Part shown: one piece after another, positions 38,188 to 47,157 of the stretch
How the letters are laid out: every line of letters starts with the position of its first letter
How positions within the stretch are numbered: position 1 is the stretch's first letter
Source of the DNA: a virus
Virus record (IMG/VR): IMGVR_UViG_3300025876_000019
Coordinates: 6,526-70,525 of that record
DNA length: 64,000 nt
Reading direction: 5' to 3' (one strand)
The notes under the pieces: model-generated
The model's database searches: none
The model's input: only the letters and a program-made list of their open reading frames with translations
Told to the model about the DNA's origin: nothing
Program-made: the position numbers and the translations under genes

Positions 38188-38859
38188 TTACAGGTTCATA
38201 GGCTCAAATATTGCTGTTTTGCCATTTAGAACTACTCCGCACCCCAATATGGGTTTATTGCTGTATACCTTGCCGTATGCCATCGCTGGATGATCGTGCT
38301 GGACTAAACAGCCTACTTGCATACCGAACACGATGCTCTGCTGGTTAGCGTGATACACTACCCCAGCTTGGCTGTGAAGGTGTCCTTGAACGACAGAGCA
38401 GAACTCAGCCTGTGCGTTCTTGTGTGCCGCCATCAGGCCACCCTTACCAGAGTCTCCGTGGCGGTATTGTACGCCATCTACAAAGATCTTAGCGTAGCGT
38501 GCGTGGACGTTCCATCCGCTTAGCTGCCAGAGATCTTTAAATCCGTAAATACACTCATCGGGTAGCCCAATAATGCGAGCCTTACGCGCTGGTAGGGCAT
38601 CATGGTTGCCGATTAGAAACTCTACCTTTGGAAATGCCTTGTGGACTTGCCTGACTTGCTTGGAAGCTTGCTTGAACTCCTCTGCCGCCGATGGCATTGA
38701 TGGGTCTTTTTCGTGGAAGCTTATTGCGTTCCAGTCAATGAGGTCACCAACAGCAACGACTTTGGTGCATTTATACTTCTTCTCAATCCGCTTTAGAAAC
38801 AAAATGGCTTTCGGGTGCATACATGGAGCGTGTAGGTCGGGTATTACTAATACGTTCAT
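38188..38859 (-). CDS. calcineurin-like metallophosphoesterase
   Basis: DLH, GDLID, GNHD, HG, GHLH motifs. Confidence 0.9.
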   Translation of the reverse strand: MNVLVIPDLHAPCMHPKAILFLKRIEKKYKCTKVVAVGDLIDWNAISFHEKDPSMPSAAEEFKQASKQVRQVHKAFPKVEFLIGNHDALPARKARIIGLPDECIYGFKDLWQLSGWNVHARYAKIFVDGVQYRHGDSGKGGLMAAHKNAQAEFCSVVQGHLHSQAGVVYHANQQSIVFGMQVGCLVQHDHPAMAYGKVYSNKPILGCGVVLNGKTAIFEPMNL

Positions 38860-38943
38860 AGTGTTTTCCTATTTGGTTTCGGTTGAACGCTCAAAGGCGT
38901 TATGGTAAATATGCAGGTGCAAAAAAGTATTGCAAGCATTTAC

Positions 38944-39064
38944 TTGACAAGGTCACGAAGTTAATGTCTATTAAGTGAATCAACGAAGTACACCGTAGGG
39001 GTGCAAATTACTTTCAGCAGTATTTAAAGATCGAGTTACCGCCCCTACGGACTCGATCTTTTTT
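38944..39064 (+). promoter_or_regulatory. promoter and attenuator-like leader
   Basis: TTGACA 38944; terminator 39026-39064 whose loop pairs with 38993-39003. Confidence 0.6.
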
Positions 39065-39345
39065 GTGTCAGTTTAGAGGAGCAAGCGATGAGTCCCATTG
39101 GCCCAAGTCTTCACCACCCATTGGTTGGGAGTAGAATGACGTGTTTACCGCTACTCCCGTAAAGGTCTTAGCTTCGGCTAGTGATATGGGGAGATAGGTC
39201 ATACAGAGATTACCAAGCCTACGATTCTCCCCACTGTGTTTGTGTCCACTTCAGGTTTCTTGAGGACAGTGCAGGTCGCCTTTCAGTGGGTGACCTGTAT
39301 CTGCATCACAGCTTTGGTTCTTGATTGAGGACTGTGCAATTGCAT
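39065..39345 (+). ncRNA. candidate multi-hairpin structured RNA
   Basis: six stems including a C(UUCG)G tetraloop; G-U pairs favour + strand; no long ORF. Confidence 0.45.
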
Positions 39346-39421
39346 TCAACTTTATCCTTGCAACACCGACCATTACCGTGAAAATTATCAATCAACTTGC
39401 ACATATTCACGATATTAAGAC

Positions 39422-39562
39422 ATGATCATTAAAAAACGAGGCAAAGGCACTGCAATTAACGAGGTTCGCAACAAACGCACCCCAGACGACACCCGATACG
39501 CAGACAACTACGACAGCATTTTCCGCAAACCTGCGGCCAAACCAACCAAGAAATCCAAATAA
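39422..39562 (+). CDS. 46-aa basic protein (not in ORF track)
   Basis: GKG....R......Y..NYD.IF.K pattern seen in small phage proteins. Confidence 0.6.
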   Translation: MIIKKRGKGTAINEVRNKRTPDDTRYADNYDSIFRKPAAKPTKKSK

Positions 39563-39574
39563 CCACACACAACT

Positions 39575-40243
39575 ATGATCGACAACAAATACACCTGCTA
39601 CGAGCTATTCAATGAACTCTACAGAGAGGATAGCGAACGTGCCTGCCACAACGCATACTCCGATGAGGGTCAAGGCGACAAAGCACTTTACGGGAGCATT
39701 GAAGACGCCCTAAAAGGAGCTTTTAATTGGCATGATTCACCAGAAGGTTCGATATTCTGGGAAGAGGTATACGCCGCACTTAGCTTTGGCACTTACGATC
39801 AGCTACGCGCAGATCAGAAGGCTGGCGAATTCTGGTGGCATGACGACGAGACTATGACAGATGAGGGTCTAAACATCCTCAAGGAATGGGCTGGTGAAGC
39901 TAGTGGAGAGCCTGAGCCAAAAACAGGGCTACTGCCAGCAGATGCTGCTGAGCGAAAAACTTACCCTATCTACTCTGGATTCATCAATAATTTCCCCAAC
40001 GCCATTGCTGCCGTGTCTCACTTGAGCTACAAGGGCAGTAAACAGCATCACCCTGACAAACCTGTCCACTGGGACATGAGCAAGTCTGGTGACGAACTAG
40101 ATGCCCTTATGCGTCACATGATCGACGGTGACTGGGAACAGGTTGCTTGGCGGGCGATGGCCAACCTAGAGCGTAAACTGACAGGAAACTGCCAGTATGT
40201 TGCCGACGGGATACATGACAATCAAGGACACTTCATCCTGTAA
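39575..40243 (+). CDS. protein with C-terminal dATP/dGTP diphosphohydrolase-like (DUF5664-type) domain
   Basis: ERK..P.YSG....FP.AIAAVS..S..G..QH.P.....W...KS.D..DAL.RH, VAWRA.A.L. Confidence 0.7.
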   Translation: MIDNKYTCYELFNELYREDSERACHNAYSDEGQGDKALYGSIEDALKGAFNWHDSPEGSIFWEEVYAALSFGTYDQLRADQKAGEFWWHDDETMTDEGLNILKEWAGEASGEPEPKTGLLPADAAERKTYPIYSGFINNFPNAIAAVSHLSYKGSKQHHPDKPVHWDMSKSGDELDALMRHMIDGDWEQVAWRAMANLERKLTGNCQYVADGIHDNQGHFIL

Positions 40244-40278
40244 AGACCTGCCGCAATCTGCGACCAGTTTACACAAAG

Positions 40279-40312
40279 AAGCCCCACCCGTTAATTCGAG
40301 TGGGGCTTTTTG
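40279..40312. terminator. bidirectional terminator
   Basis: AAGCCCCAC/GTGGGGCTT stem between convergent genes. Confidence 0.75.
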
Positions 40313-40320
40313 TTTAAATG

Positions 40321-41163
40321 CTACTGGGACAGCTTAATCTGACGCTTCTGTAGTGCGCTGCGATCAGGGTGGTTGTATGGCAGGCTACGAAGCTGTGACA
40401 TGACAGTCTTAAGCTCATCCTTGCGGTTGTAGCCAGAGTCTGGGTTTTTAACGATACCGTCCTCAGATGTGGATAGGGAAACCTTGTAAAGCATATCTAG
40501 GATAGGCTTGTGATTGATAAGGCCAGTTTCCAGCAGGGCGTCTTTTACACCAAACTTGTCAGCCACATTTGCAACAGCCTTTAGGTTGCGATCATAATCA
40601 GTACCCCACTCTTGCTTGAGTGCGATCTCACTCTCATTCCGAACATTAGTCATGTTGGTTTGAAGCTGTTCGTGTACTAGATTCATCTCCTGCGTGTATA
40701 GCCCCATTACGGTCTCATACTGCGACTGAGATAGCCCAGCCTCGTGCATTGCTGCATTGCGCTCTGTTAGGCGCTCTGTGTCCAACTCTAAGCCCTCTGG
40801 CAAGCCGTCAAACGTGTAGTCACCTGCCGTTTCTGGGCGACCTGATGCATTGTAGAACTCTGCAAGCTCCTCAGGGGAACTATCAGCCGTTGGAGCCTTA
40901 AGGCCGCCTACTTCGGCAGAACCCATGCGGGACTGTAAATTGAGATAGCTCATGGTCAGCCCATCAACGTCCTTGATCTTGCTTTTGACGCCTTCAAAGC
41001 CCTTGTGGCTAGTTACATCCTCGGATAGACCCTCATACCATGATGACGGAACCTCTGGTGAATTTACTGTTGCAGTGTCCATGAGGTTTTCACTTCCACT
41101 GGATGCCTCTGGGGAGGCTGTTTCTGTTTCTACTGCGGTATCTGTTGAGATATTATCGCTCAT
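40321..41163 (-). CDS. capsid scaffolding protein (phage B)
   Basis: acidic; SY..L...G, GRPE...DY, AGLS..Q, L..EWG.DY..N. Confidence 0.85.
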   Translation of the reverse strand: MSDNISTDTAVETETASPEASSGSENLMDTATVNSPEVPSSWYEGLSEDVTSHKGFEGVKSKIKDVDGLTMSYLNLQSRMGSAEVGGLKAPTADSSPEELAEFYNASGRPETAGDYTFDGLPEGLELDTERLTERNAAMHEAGLSQSQYETVMGLYTQEMNLVHEQLQTNMTNVRNESEIALKQEWGTDYDRNLKAVANVADKFGVKDALLETGLINHKPILDMLYKVSLSTSEDGIVKNPDSGYNRKDELKTVMSQLRSLPYNHPDRSALQKRQIKLSQ

Positions 41164-41181
41164 ATTTGACTGTTGGGTTTG

Positions 41182-41412
41182 TTATTTAGACTCCTTAGAT
41201 AGAGCCTGTAAATGATTATGCACATCACTTGCAAATGACTGCCGCCCTTGGTTGAAGGCGTTCTGGGTAGGCTCAGCAGAGAACACTGTCTTGCCGTAGC
41301 CACACTCAACATCCATTGCCTCTAAGAAGGCGTTGAAGTGAGTGTTGCCACGCAAAGCAAACAGTGAGTCCCGCAGAAGTGGTTTCTTCCTTAGCTGGGT
41401 GGTCTTGTTCAT
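41182..41412 (-). CDS. conserved small protein between portal and scaffold
   Basis: AFNQGRQS motif and position. Confidence 0.7.
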   Translation of the reverse strand: MNKTTQLRKKPLLRDSLFALRGNTHFNAFLEAMDVECGYGKTVFSAEPTQNAFNQGRQSFASDVHNHLQALSKESK

Positions 41413-43097
41413 TGCTGAGCTTGCTCCATCTCCATTGCTACTGGTGAACCTTCCTCAGGCTTTTTGGTCGGGTCAATCGGCGCTACAGCCTCCTGATCGA
41501 TCATTTGCTGCTGCTGTGCTTGCTGCTGCTGGGCTACCTGTGCGGCCATTGCATCCATCTCATCGCGCTCATAGTCAGTGACGATATGCTCGTAGTTAAT
41601 GTTGTGGGTTTCTGCGAACTCTACAGCCATGTCCTCAACTTTAACGATGCGAGCCAGCTCAGGGTTCTCACGTGCCACTGTAAGCAACATGACGATGCTC
41701 TGGATGGCCTGCATGGTCTTCTGCTGATCCATGAGGCTGAGTCTAGTGTCTAGCTGTGAAATGTAACTAACCTCAAAGTTGCCGCCCGCCACAGTCTCGT
41801 CAGGAGCTTCAATCACTCCAGCCTCGATCAGTAGGTCAAGCACTCGGTGGATCATTGGCGACCAGAACTCCGACCGTAGACGTGAGATCATCGGGCCGAT
41901 ACTGGCGAACTGCTCTGCCTGTAGTGCGTCGATCTCTGTAGCTGTCTTGTCCGTGTTGCTCTGCATCACTGCTAGGAACACATTTGTGAAGAACTGGCGA
42001 CGGATCTCGTCACTCAAGCGCTGAATGTCAGCCTGATCAGCCTCAGGGTTGTGAGTCCCACGTAGCTGTGTGATTTCGCCTGCGGTGTGGATGACGCTGT
42101 TGGGGGCAATCTCATCGATGTCCAGTGTCTCGTCGTCCTTGACCACCGTAGGAGGCCGTGAAGCCATCTGTAGTGAGTCCTGCATCTGTGCCTCGGCTGT
42201 GTTCAACCCACGGATAGTAGGAAGCGCCATCTCGCAGCAACCTAGACCGTAGGGTGAGCCGTCATGACGCTTAATGAAACGTGCTGTCGGGTAAGGGAAC
42301 GAACGGTAGCCGCCAACCTTGACGATACGCTTGTCCTTTACGCACACATACTCGCTACGGAATCGCATTGATTCAGCATCAGCACGCCTGTAGTCATAGT
42401 CAGGGTTCTCCGACACGCATAGAATGTAGTCAAACTTCTGTCCTGACTTGGAAATGTCACCGTATGCCTTGAGGCCGTCGGTAGATAGCGCATCCTCACC
42501 GAACATAGCTACCACATCATCAGCAGTGAGCTGTAGGAGGCGCTTGAAGCCCTTCACCTGCCCTTGGTGGTTCTCGGTGATGTATACGTTCGCCGTGATT
42601 GGTATCGACGAAAATACAAGCTCTGAGGTGTCCTTATCGAACTCTACCCCGCAGATGCCTGTGCCAAAGTTACTCCAGATGCGAGTGAACTCACCGTACA
42701 CTTGCCCGAAGTTGGAGTTCTGCATATACTCCGTGATCTTGTTCGTAGCAGTCTGTAACCACTCCTTCATGGCGTCTCGATCATCGTCAGATGCAGCACG
42801 TAGCGCAAAGTTACGGTCAGAGTTACTGTAGCTGTGTGAATACAGGTTGGAGCCAAGCAGGATGGCCTCAGACGTGGCAACAGAGGATACAGGACGCTGA
42901 TCCTGACCCTCTGCTTGCCTGTCGTCCGTGTTACTGCCGTTCATCGACGGAAGGACTAGACGCTCGATATCTCGAAACGTCGTGTCCACATTGGCTCGTG
43001 CGCTCTTTGCTGCACCGTATGCTGCTATGATCTTTACTGCACGATCATCCTGAGTTCCCTCAGATGCCGCATAAGGTGTTGGTTTGCGCTTTGCCAT
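41409..43097 (-). CDS. portal (head-tail connector), phage B
   Basis: SNF, FGTG, FPY...RF......YG, TATEI, GP...RL..E. Confidence 0.92.
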   Translation of the reverse strand: MAKRKPTPYAASEGTQDDRAVKIIAAYGAAKSARANVDTTFRDIERLVLPSMNGSNTDDRQAEGQDQRPVSSVATSEAILLGSNLYSHSYSNSDRNFALRAASDDDRDAMKEWLQTATNKITEYMQNSNFGQVYGEFTRIWSNFGTGICGVEFDKDTSELVFSSIPITANVYITENHQGQVKGFKRLLQLTADDVVAMFGEDALSTDGLKAYGDISKSGQKFDYILCVSENPDYDYRRADAESMRFRSEYVCVKDKRIVKVGGYRSFPYPTARFIKRHDGSPYGLGCCEMALPTIRGLNTAEAQMQDSLQMASRPPTVVKDDETLDIDEIAPNSVIHTAGEITQLRGTHNPEADQADIQRLSDEIRRQFFTNVFLAVMQSNTDKTATEIDALQAEQFASIGPMISRLRSEFWSPMIHRVLDLLIEAGVIEAPDETVAGGNFEVSYISQLDTRLSLMDQQKTMQAIQSIVMLLTVARENPELARIVKVEDMAVEFAETHNINYEHIVTDYERDEMDAMAAQVAQQQQAQQQQMIDQEAVAPIDPTKKPEEGSPVAMEMEQAQQ

Positions 43098-43098
43098 G

Positions 43099-43272
43099 TT
43101 ATCCGAGGATTGTTGAACGGTTTGAGGTTACTGATTGTGTGCGGCCCTTCTGTGCTGCCATACGACGACGCTCTGCGTCACCCGCTGATTGTGCCTCTGG
43201 ATCTTCCTCGACAACTACTGGAGCTGGCTCGGGTGGCTTAACTGGTTTTGGTGCTTTTGGTTTACTGCCCAT
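43099..43272 (-). CDS. 57-aa Pro-rich virion protein (not in ORF track)
   Basis: MGSKPKAPKPVKPPEP...GRTQSV...TILG upstream of portal. Confidence 0.65.
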   Translation of the reverse strand: MGSKPKAPKPVKPPEPAPVVVEEDPEAQSAGDAERRRMAAQKGRTQSVTSNRSTILG

Positions 43273-43687
43273 GATATGTAATTTTGTAGGTTGAAGCAGA
43301 CTCCCTCGTGAAGCCTAACTTGTTGATAAGCTTGGCGATGTGAGAACCTTCGTCAACCTCACAGAATAGCTCTGTAATGCCGTAGACGTTCGCAGCTATA
43401 CTCTGTGCCTTAGGAAGTGTCCAGAGGACGTCCTTGATAGCATAGCGTCCTCCTGTAGTGCCCATATGAAGGAATGCACCATCCTCATCTGTCATAATGG
43501 CAAAGAAGCCACGATACTCGTCATCCATGAACACAATGTAGCACAACCCGAACCTCAATAGATACTCAGCACGTGCCTCCTCAGGCAGCCACGGGTGACA
43601 GTCGCCATGCACCCTCTCGACTAGCTCCAAAGCCATGTCCACGGTAGCCTCGTCACTCACGTGGAATATCTCGTATGCTCCACTCAT
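43262..43687 (-). CDS. GNAT-like fold protein
   Basis: position between TerL and portal; KLGF motif. Confidence 0.5.
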   Translation of the reverse strand: MSGAYEIFHVSDEATVDMALELVERVHGDCHPWLPEEARAEYLLRFGLCYIVFMDDEYRGFFAIMTDEDGAFLHMGTTGGRYAIKDVLWTLPKAQSIAANVYGITELFCEVDEGSHIAKLINKLGFTRESASTYKITYHGQ

Positions 43688-44955
43688 CAGTATCTAGGCA
43701 TTGCACCACCTGCTACCTTCACACGTCTAGTCTTGAGCATATGTGATGTACCGACAGCTGGCATCTGTGACTTTGCCCAATATCTGACCGCATCGATGCC
43801 GTGGTTCCACTTGTCGATAGGTGTGTTCGTGATCATGCCCTGTGGGTTCACCTTCCATGTGTAGCTGGCAAACTCCTTGATGAGCTGGCGTGAATTGCAG
43901 TGTATCTTGATCTTGAAGCGCCTGAGTAGCTGTATGCCCTCAGCTATGGAGTCCTTGCCCTTCGTGCAGTTGATAGCATTGAATCCATATGTACGCAACG
44001 CCTTGGTAGTCTGAGGGTACGCACAGTCCACGTAGATCGGATGATCCTTAGGTATCTCCTCGCTCTGCATCATCTCAACCAGCGACCCGTCACTGCTCTC
44101 TGCATTGGGAAGGTCTGTGATGCCTGTAGCCCACACTCGCTGACGCAAATACAGCGTGTTCTGTGCAAATCTACACTCAATCAGCGTGGTAGGATCAACG
44201 AATCCAACGTCACAACCGAAGCCACGACGCTCGCAGGCATCCAGTGACGGCCACTCATCGGTCTCTGTCCAGTTGGTGAAGATCAGCCCCTTGAGGATAG
44301 CTGGCTTACCCATGCCGTAGATCTGCCACATGGCGTCATCCGCTGTTCCCTTCTCGATGTTCTCCTTGGTGGGCTCATACCCTAGGATAGTCTTACGCTC
44401 ACCAGCAGGCAGCAGAGGGTTGTCGCGGAACGTAGAGTCGTGGTATGCGTAGTCAGGGTTGCTGCGGAACTTGTAGATGAAGTGATCGTAGCTCGGGTTG
44501 AAGTCGGCAATGACGAATGACGTACGCATTGCAATCTGGTTAAATGACTCGTAGTTCACCTCTGTGACCTCATTCATGTAGCTGATGTCATCCCGCTTAC
44601 CTTTACGGTTCTCTGCCTTGTCGCAGCCGTTGAAGGCTATTATAGAGCCATTACGGAACACATAGCGCAGGTCACTGGCATTCCAGCACTTGTCCTCCCA
44701 GATGCCCATCATGCCCTCATTCTCTGACATGATACGCTTGAAGTCAGCCACTAGGGTCTCCTTGACCGAGCTACGGAACTGTCGGTAGCATGAGATCCGC
44801 TGTGCTGGGGTCTTGCTAGCGTGCTGTGCGAGCCACTGGATAACGCTGAAGGTCTTAGACGACCCTGCTGAACCCTGTAGGATGCATCCGTCCTTGCCAT
44901 CGTCGTGGGCCTGCTGGATGCGTACGAAGTTTACGGTTACTGAGATTTCACCCAT
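43687..44955 (-). CDS. terL: terminase large subunit (PBSX-type)
   Basis: GSAGSSKT, NE, DFNP, STFRDNP, G.DVGF.DP, NH.IDA.RY. Confidence 0.95.
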   Translation of the reverse strand: MGEISVTVNFVRIQQAHDDGKDGCILQGSAGSSKTFSVIQWLAQHASKTPAQRISCYRQFRSSVKETLVADFKRIMSENEGMMGIWEDKCWNASDLRYVFRNGSIIAFNGCDKAENRKGKRDDISYMNEVTEVNYESFNQIAMRTSFVIADFNPSYDHFIYKFRSNPDYAYHDSTFRDNPLLPAGERKTILGYEPTKENIEKGTADDAMWQIYGMGKPAILKGLIFTNWTETDEWPSLDACERRGFGCDVGFVDPTTLIECRFAQNTLYLRQRVWATGITDLPNAESSDGSLVEMMQSEEIPKDHPIYVDCAYPQTTKALRTYGFNAINCTKGKDSIAEGIQLLRRFKIKIHCNSRQLIKEFASYTWKVNPQGMITNTPIDKWNHGIDAVRYWAKSQMPAVGTSHMLKTRRVKVAGGAMPRY

Positions 44956-45247
44956 GATTAGATCCCACGAAGGTTACGGTGATGTTATTGTCCACCTGTC
45001 CACGAAGATCAGCTTCGACCTGAACTGGCAGCAGCTTGACCACTGCATTGGTAAATGTCCGAGGATCCTCCTCCTTAAGCTTGATAAAGAACTCCTCAGC
45101 ACCGTCACCAGCGTTCAGAGCCCCTTCAATGGCCGACCTTACCTGCGTGGTAAGTTTGTTGCGTGTTCCTTTGGGACGTCCTAAGCCACCATTAGGGGCT
45201 GTTCTAGCGGGTTTTGCCGCTTCTACTACTTCTAGTTCTTCGCTCAT
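44948..45247 (-). CDS. terS: terminase small subunit
   Basis: GRPKG.RNK.T motif directly upstream of TerL. Confidence 0.8.
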   Translation of the reverse strand: MSEELEVVEAAKPARTAPNGGLGRPKGTRNKLTTQVRSAIEGALNAGDGAEEFFIKLKEEDPRTFTNAVVKLLPVQVEADLRGQVDNNITVTFVGSNHG

Positions 45248-45377
45248 GCCCCAAATTTCACCTAGTTATGGGAAAATTGCAAGCCAACGCAATCATCAGC
45301 GACTACGTGATTTACGCATACAAACATACGTTGATCACTCGATAGTAAAGACCCGTAAGATATTGTATAATAGTGAC

Positions 45378-45626
45378 TTGCGACACTTACTACTACTACT
45401 TTTACCTTTAGCATCATTTGGCAACCCTGCTGTTGACGTATTGTCACAGGTTTACGACTACGCAAACGCGAAGGCCACCACCGTATATGCTGCCAGTGGT
45501 GACCATATATTCTACCGTAACGTCAAAGCGTCGAAGGGTATGCTGCTGTTGACAGAGGATGGCGTTGTGCCATTCGCTGAGGGTTTAGGCAACCGAGTTG
45601 TGGTTGCTGTGGTGAAGCCTGTCTAG
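45378..45626 (+). CDS. small secreted protein (moron-like), homolog of 4165-4428
   Basis: TTG start 6 nt after TATAAT (45366-45371); signal peptide; AKA.T.YA..GDHIFY...KA..GMLLLT..G.V..F..G.GN.VVVAVVK. Confidence 0.8.
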   Translation: MRHLLLLLLPLASFGNPAVDVLSQVYDYANAKATTVYAASGDHIFYRNVKASKGMLLLTEDGVVPFAEGLGNRVVVAVVKPV

Positions 45627-45658
45627 TACGGCTTTCGAATGTTGTAAGCCGTCCTTTA

Positions 45659-45722
45659 CTTTTCACAAAAACTACCCTTATTTGTGACATCTTTTCACAA
45701 AAACTACCCTTTATTTGTGACA
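45659..45722. repeat. two tandem palindromes, period 32
   Basis: CTTTTCACAAAAACTACCCT(T)TATTTGTGACA x2 between convergent genes. Confidence 0.85.
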
Positions 45723-45733
45723 AGATTGGGTGT

Positions 45734-45979
45734 CTACTCAACCTCTCCTTTGTTGATGTAGTCACGACCCTCAAGCTGTGCATTGCGAGCAATAAGCTCA
45801 TCACACCGCAGTTTGCAGTCTGCAATCTCTTTCTTAATTACCTTGAGGAGTGTCTCCTGAGCTTCGCAAGCCCGTGTAAGGCTGTTGATCCCGTTCTGCA
45901 AGACCTTGCGCTCGGATGGCTGAAAGATCGGACGTCGGGTTGTGTTGTGGAATGCTGGTTCTGTTTCTGTATTTGTCAT
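45734..45979 (-). CDS. small coiled-coil protein
   Basis: 81 aa with heptad pattern. Confidence 0.6.
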   Translation of the reverse strand: MTNTETEPAFHNTTRRPIFQPSERKVLQNGINSLTRACEAQETLLKVIKKEIADCKLRCDELIARNAQLEGRDYINKGEVE

Positions 45980-45993
45980 TATTGTTATTGTGT

Positions 45994-47037
45994 TTAGGTT
46001 AATCCTTCTGAGAGAATGTTAAATGCCACAGCTGCACATTGCGGTACTTGCCCGTTGCCAATGGCTTTAAGTCTGTCCACCCGATTGGCCACCCCATGAG
46101 CCACTCGACCCACGGCGGGTTCAGTTGCGATGACTTTTTCTTCTGTTCCTTTGTTGTTGGGCTTATGTATTTCACGTGGCTCGCTAGGCTCGGAGAGTTT
46201 CTCTTCTCCCAATTCGATTCCGCGAACATTGCCCCCATCATGCAGGTCGGTGTAGGATATTTCTGCTGGGTCGGTGTGCCACCAAGCTTGCCTGAGTCCT
46301 TCACCGCTTGATTGATTGAGTATTGAGCCGTGTGACCACTCTTCCTCAGAGGAGTCCAATTGGGTTGTGTTCCCCTGTTGCCCATGTTGGCATCTGGTGT
46401 GGGCCATTTCATTCTTCCTGTCTCTAAATTTATCATCCCCTCGGCTAAGGCCACCTGTGTTGTCAGGTGAGTGGACTTCGTTACATCCCTCCCGCTCGTC
46501 TTTGCCGACATCCCGCATTGCCCCGCTTTCGGTGTAGGCCAAGACCCACATTCGGTCTCGCTTGTGCGGCGCACCGACAGCCCCAGCTCCGAGCACTCCC
46601 CATCGAGCATTATACCCCAGCGAGGCCAAGTCTTCGAGGACAACTCCAAGTCCCCTAGTGCGAAGCAGTGGTGAGTTTTCGGCAAAGACAAATCGAGGCC
46701 GCATTTCGCCAATGAGTCGCGCATATTCCTTCCATAGTCCCGAACGTTCGCCGGTAATTCCTGCTCCTTTACCTGCCGCAGAGATGTCTTGGCAGGGGAA
46801 TCCTCCGCAAAGAATGTCAACTGATCCGCGCCACGGATTTCCATCGAGGGTTGCCACGTCGTCCCAGATGGGGAAGCTTGGCAAGTGTCCGTCTGCTTGT
46901 CTGGCGAGCAGGACATTGCGTGGGTAGGGTTCGATTTCGCAAGCTCCGATTGGATTGTGTCCAAGTAAGAGGTCACCGAGAATGCCGCCTCCTGCTCCCG
47001 CGAAGAGGTGGAATGTGTTGAGTTTTGTGTGTGCCAT
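45994..47037 (-). CDS. C5-cytosine DNA methyltransferase, alpha polypeptide (phage B)
   Basis: LFAGAGGG, GGFPCQDIS, ENS, HKRDRMW, IGNGQVP. Confidence 0.92.
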   Translation of the reverse strand: MAHTKLNTFHLFAGAGGGILGDLLLGHNPIGACEIEPYPRNVLLARQADGHLPSFPIWDDVATLDGNPWRGSVDILCGGFPCQDISAAGKGAGITGERSGLWKEYARLIGEMRPRFVFAENSPLLRTRGLGVVLEDLASLGYNARWGVLGAGAVGAPHKRDRMWVLAYTESGAMRDVGKDEREGCNEVHSPDNTGGLSRGDDKFRDRKNEMAHTRCQHGQQGNTTQLDSSEEEWSHGSILNQSSGEGLRQAWWHTDPAEISYTDLHDGGNVRGIELGEEKLSEPSEPREIHKPNNKGTEEKVIATEPAVGRVAHGVANRVDRLKAIGNGQVPQCAAVAFNILSEGLT

Positions 47038-47042
47038 GTCAT
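45999..47042 (-). CDS. C5 methyltransferase beta polypeptide in overlapping frame (phage B)
   Basis: 347-aa frame; WPTP, WPTP, YPTP modules; LNPPWVEWLMGWPIGWT = motif IX. Confidence 0.82.
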   Translation of the reverse strand: MTWHTQNSTHSTSSREQEAAFSVTSYLDTIQSELAKSNPTHAMSCSPDKQTDTCQASPSGTTWQPSMEIRGADQLTFFAEDSPAKTSLRQVKEQELPANVRDYGRNMRDSLAKCGLDLSLPKTHHCFALGDLELSSKTWPRWGIMLDGECSELGLSVRRTSETECGSWPTPKAGQCGMSAKTSGRDVTKSTHLTTQVALAEGMINLETGRMKWPTPDANMGNRGTQPNWTPLRKSGHTAQYSINQAVKDSGKLGGTPTQQKYPTPTCMMGAMFAESNWEKRNSPSLASHVKYISPTTKEQKKKSSQLNPPWVEWLMGWPIGWTDLKPLATGKYRNVQLWHLTFSQKD

Positions 47043-47157
47043 TGTGTTAGGTTAAGTTAGTGAGATTATGTGGGTAATGTGATACCCTTGCACCGCAAAG
47101 CCCCTCAGCGACTTGTGAGGGCAACTGAGGGGCAGATTTGGGGACAATGGTTGGCGC

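Noticed and set aside
39575-40243. Z-base (2-aminoadenine) genome system
   Set aside because: No PurZ, HD-family dATPase or DNA polymerase in the complete B unit
45036-45377. 196-aa ORF 45036-45626 as listed in the track
   Set aside because: 5' part is the antisense shadow of terS; homology and the signal peptide begin at TTG 45378
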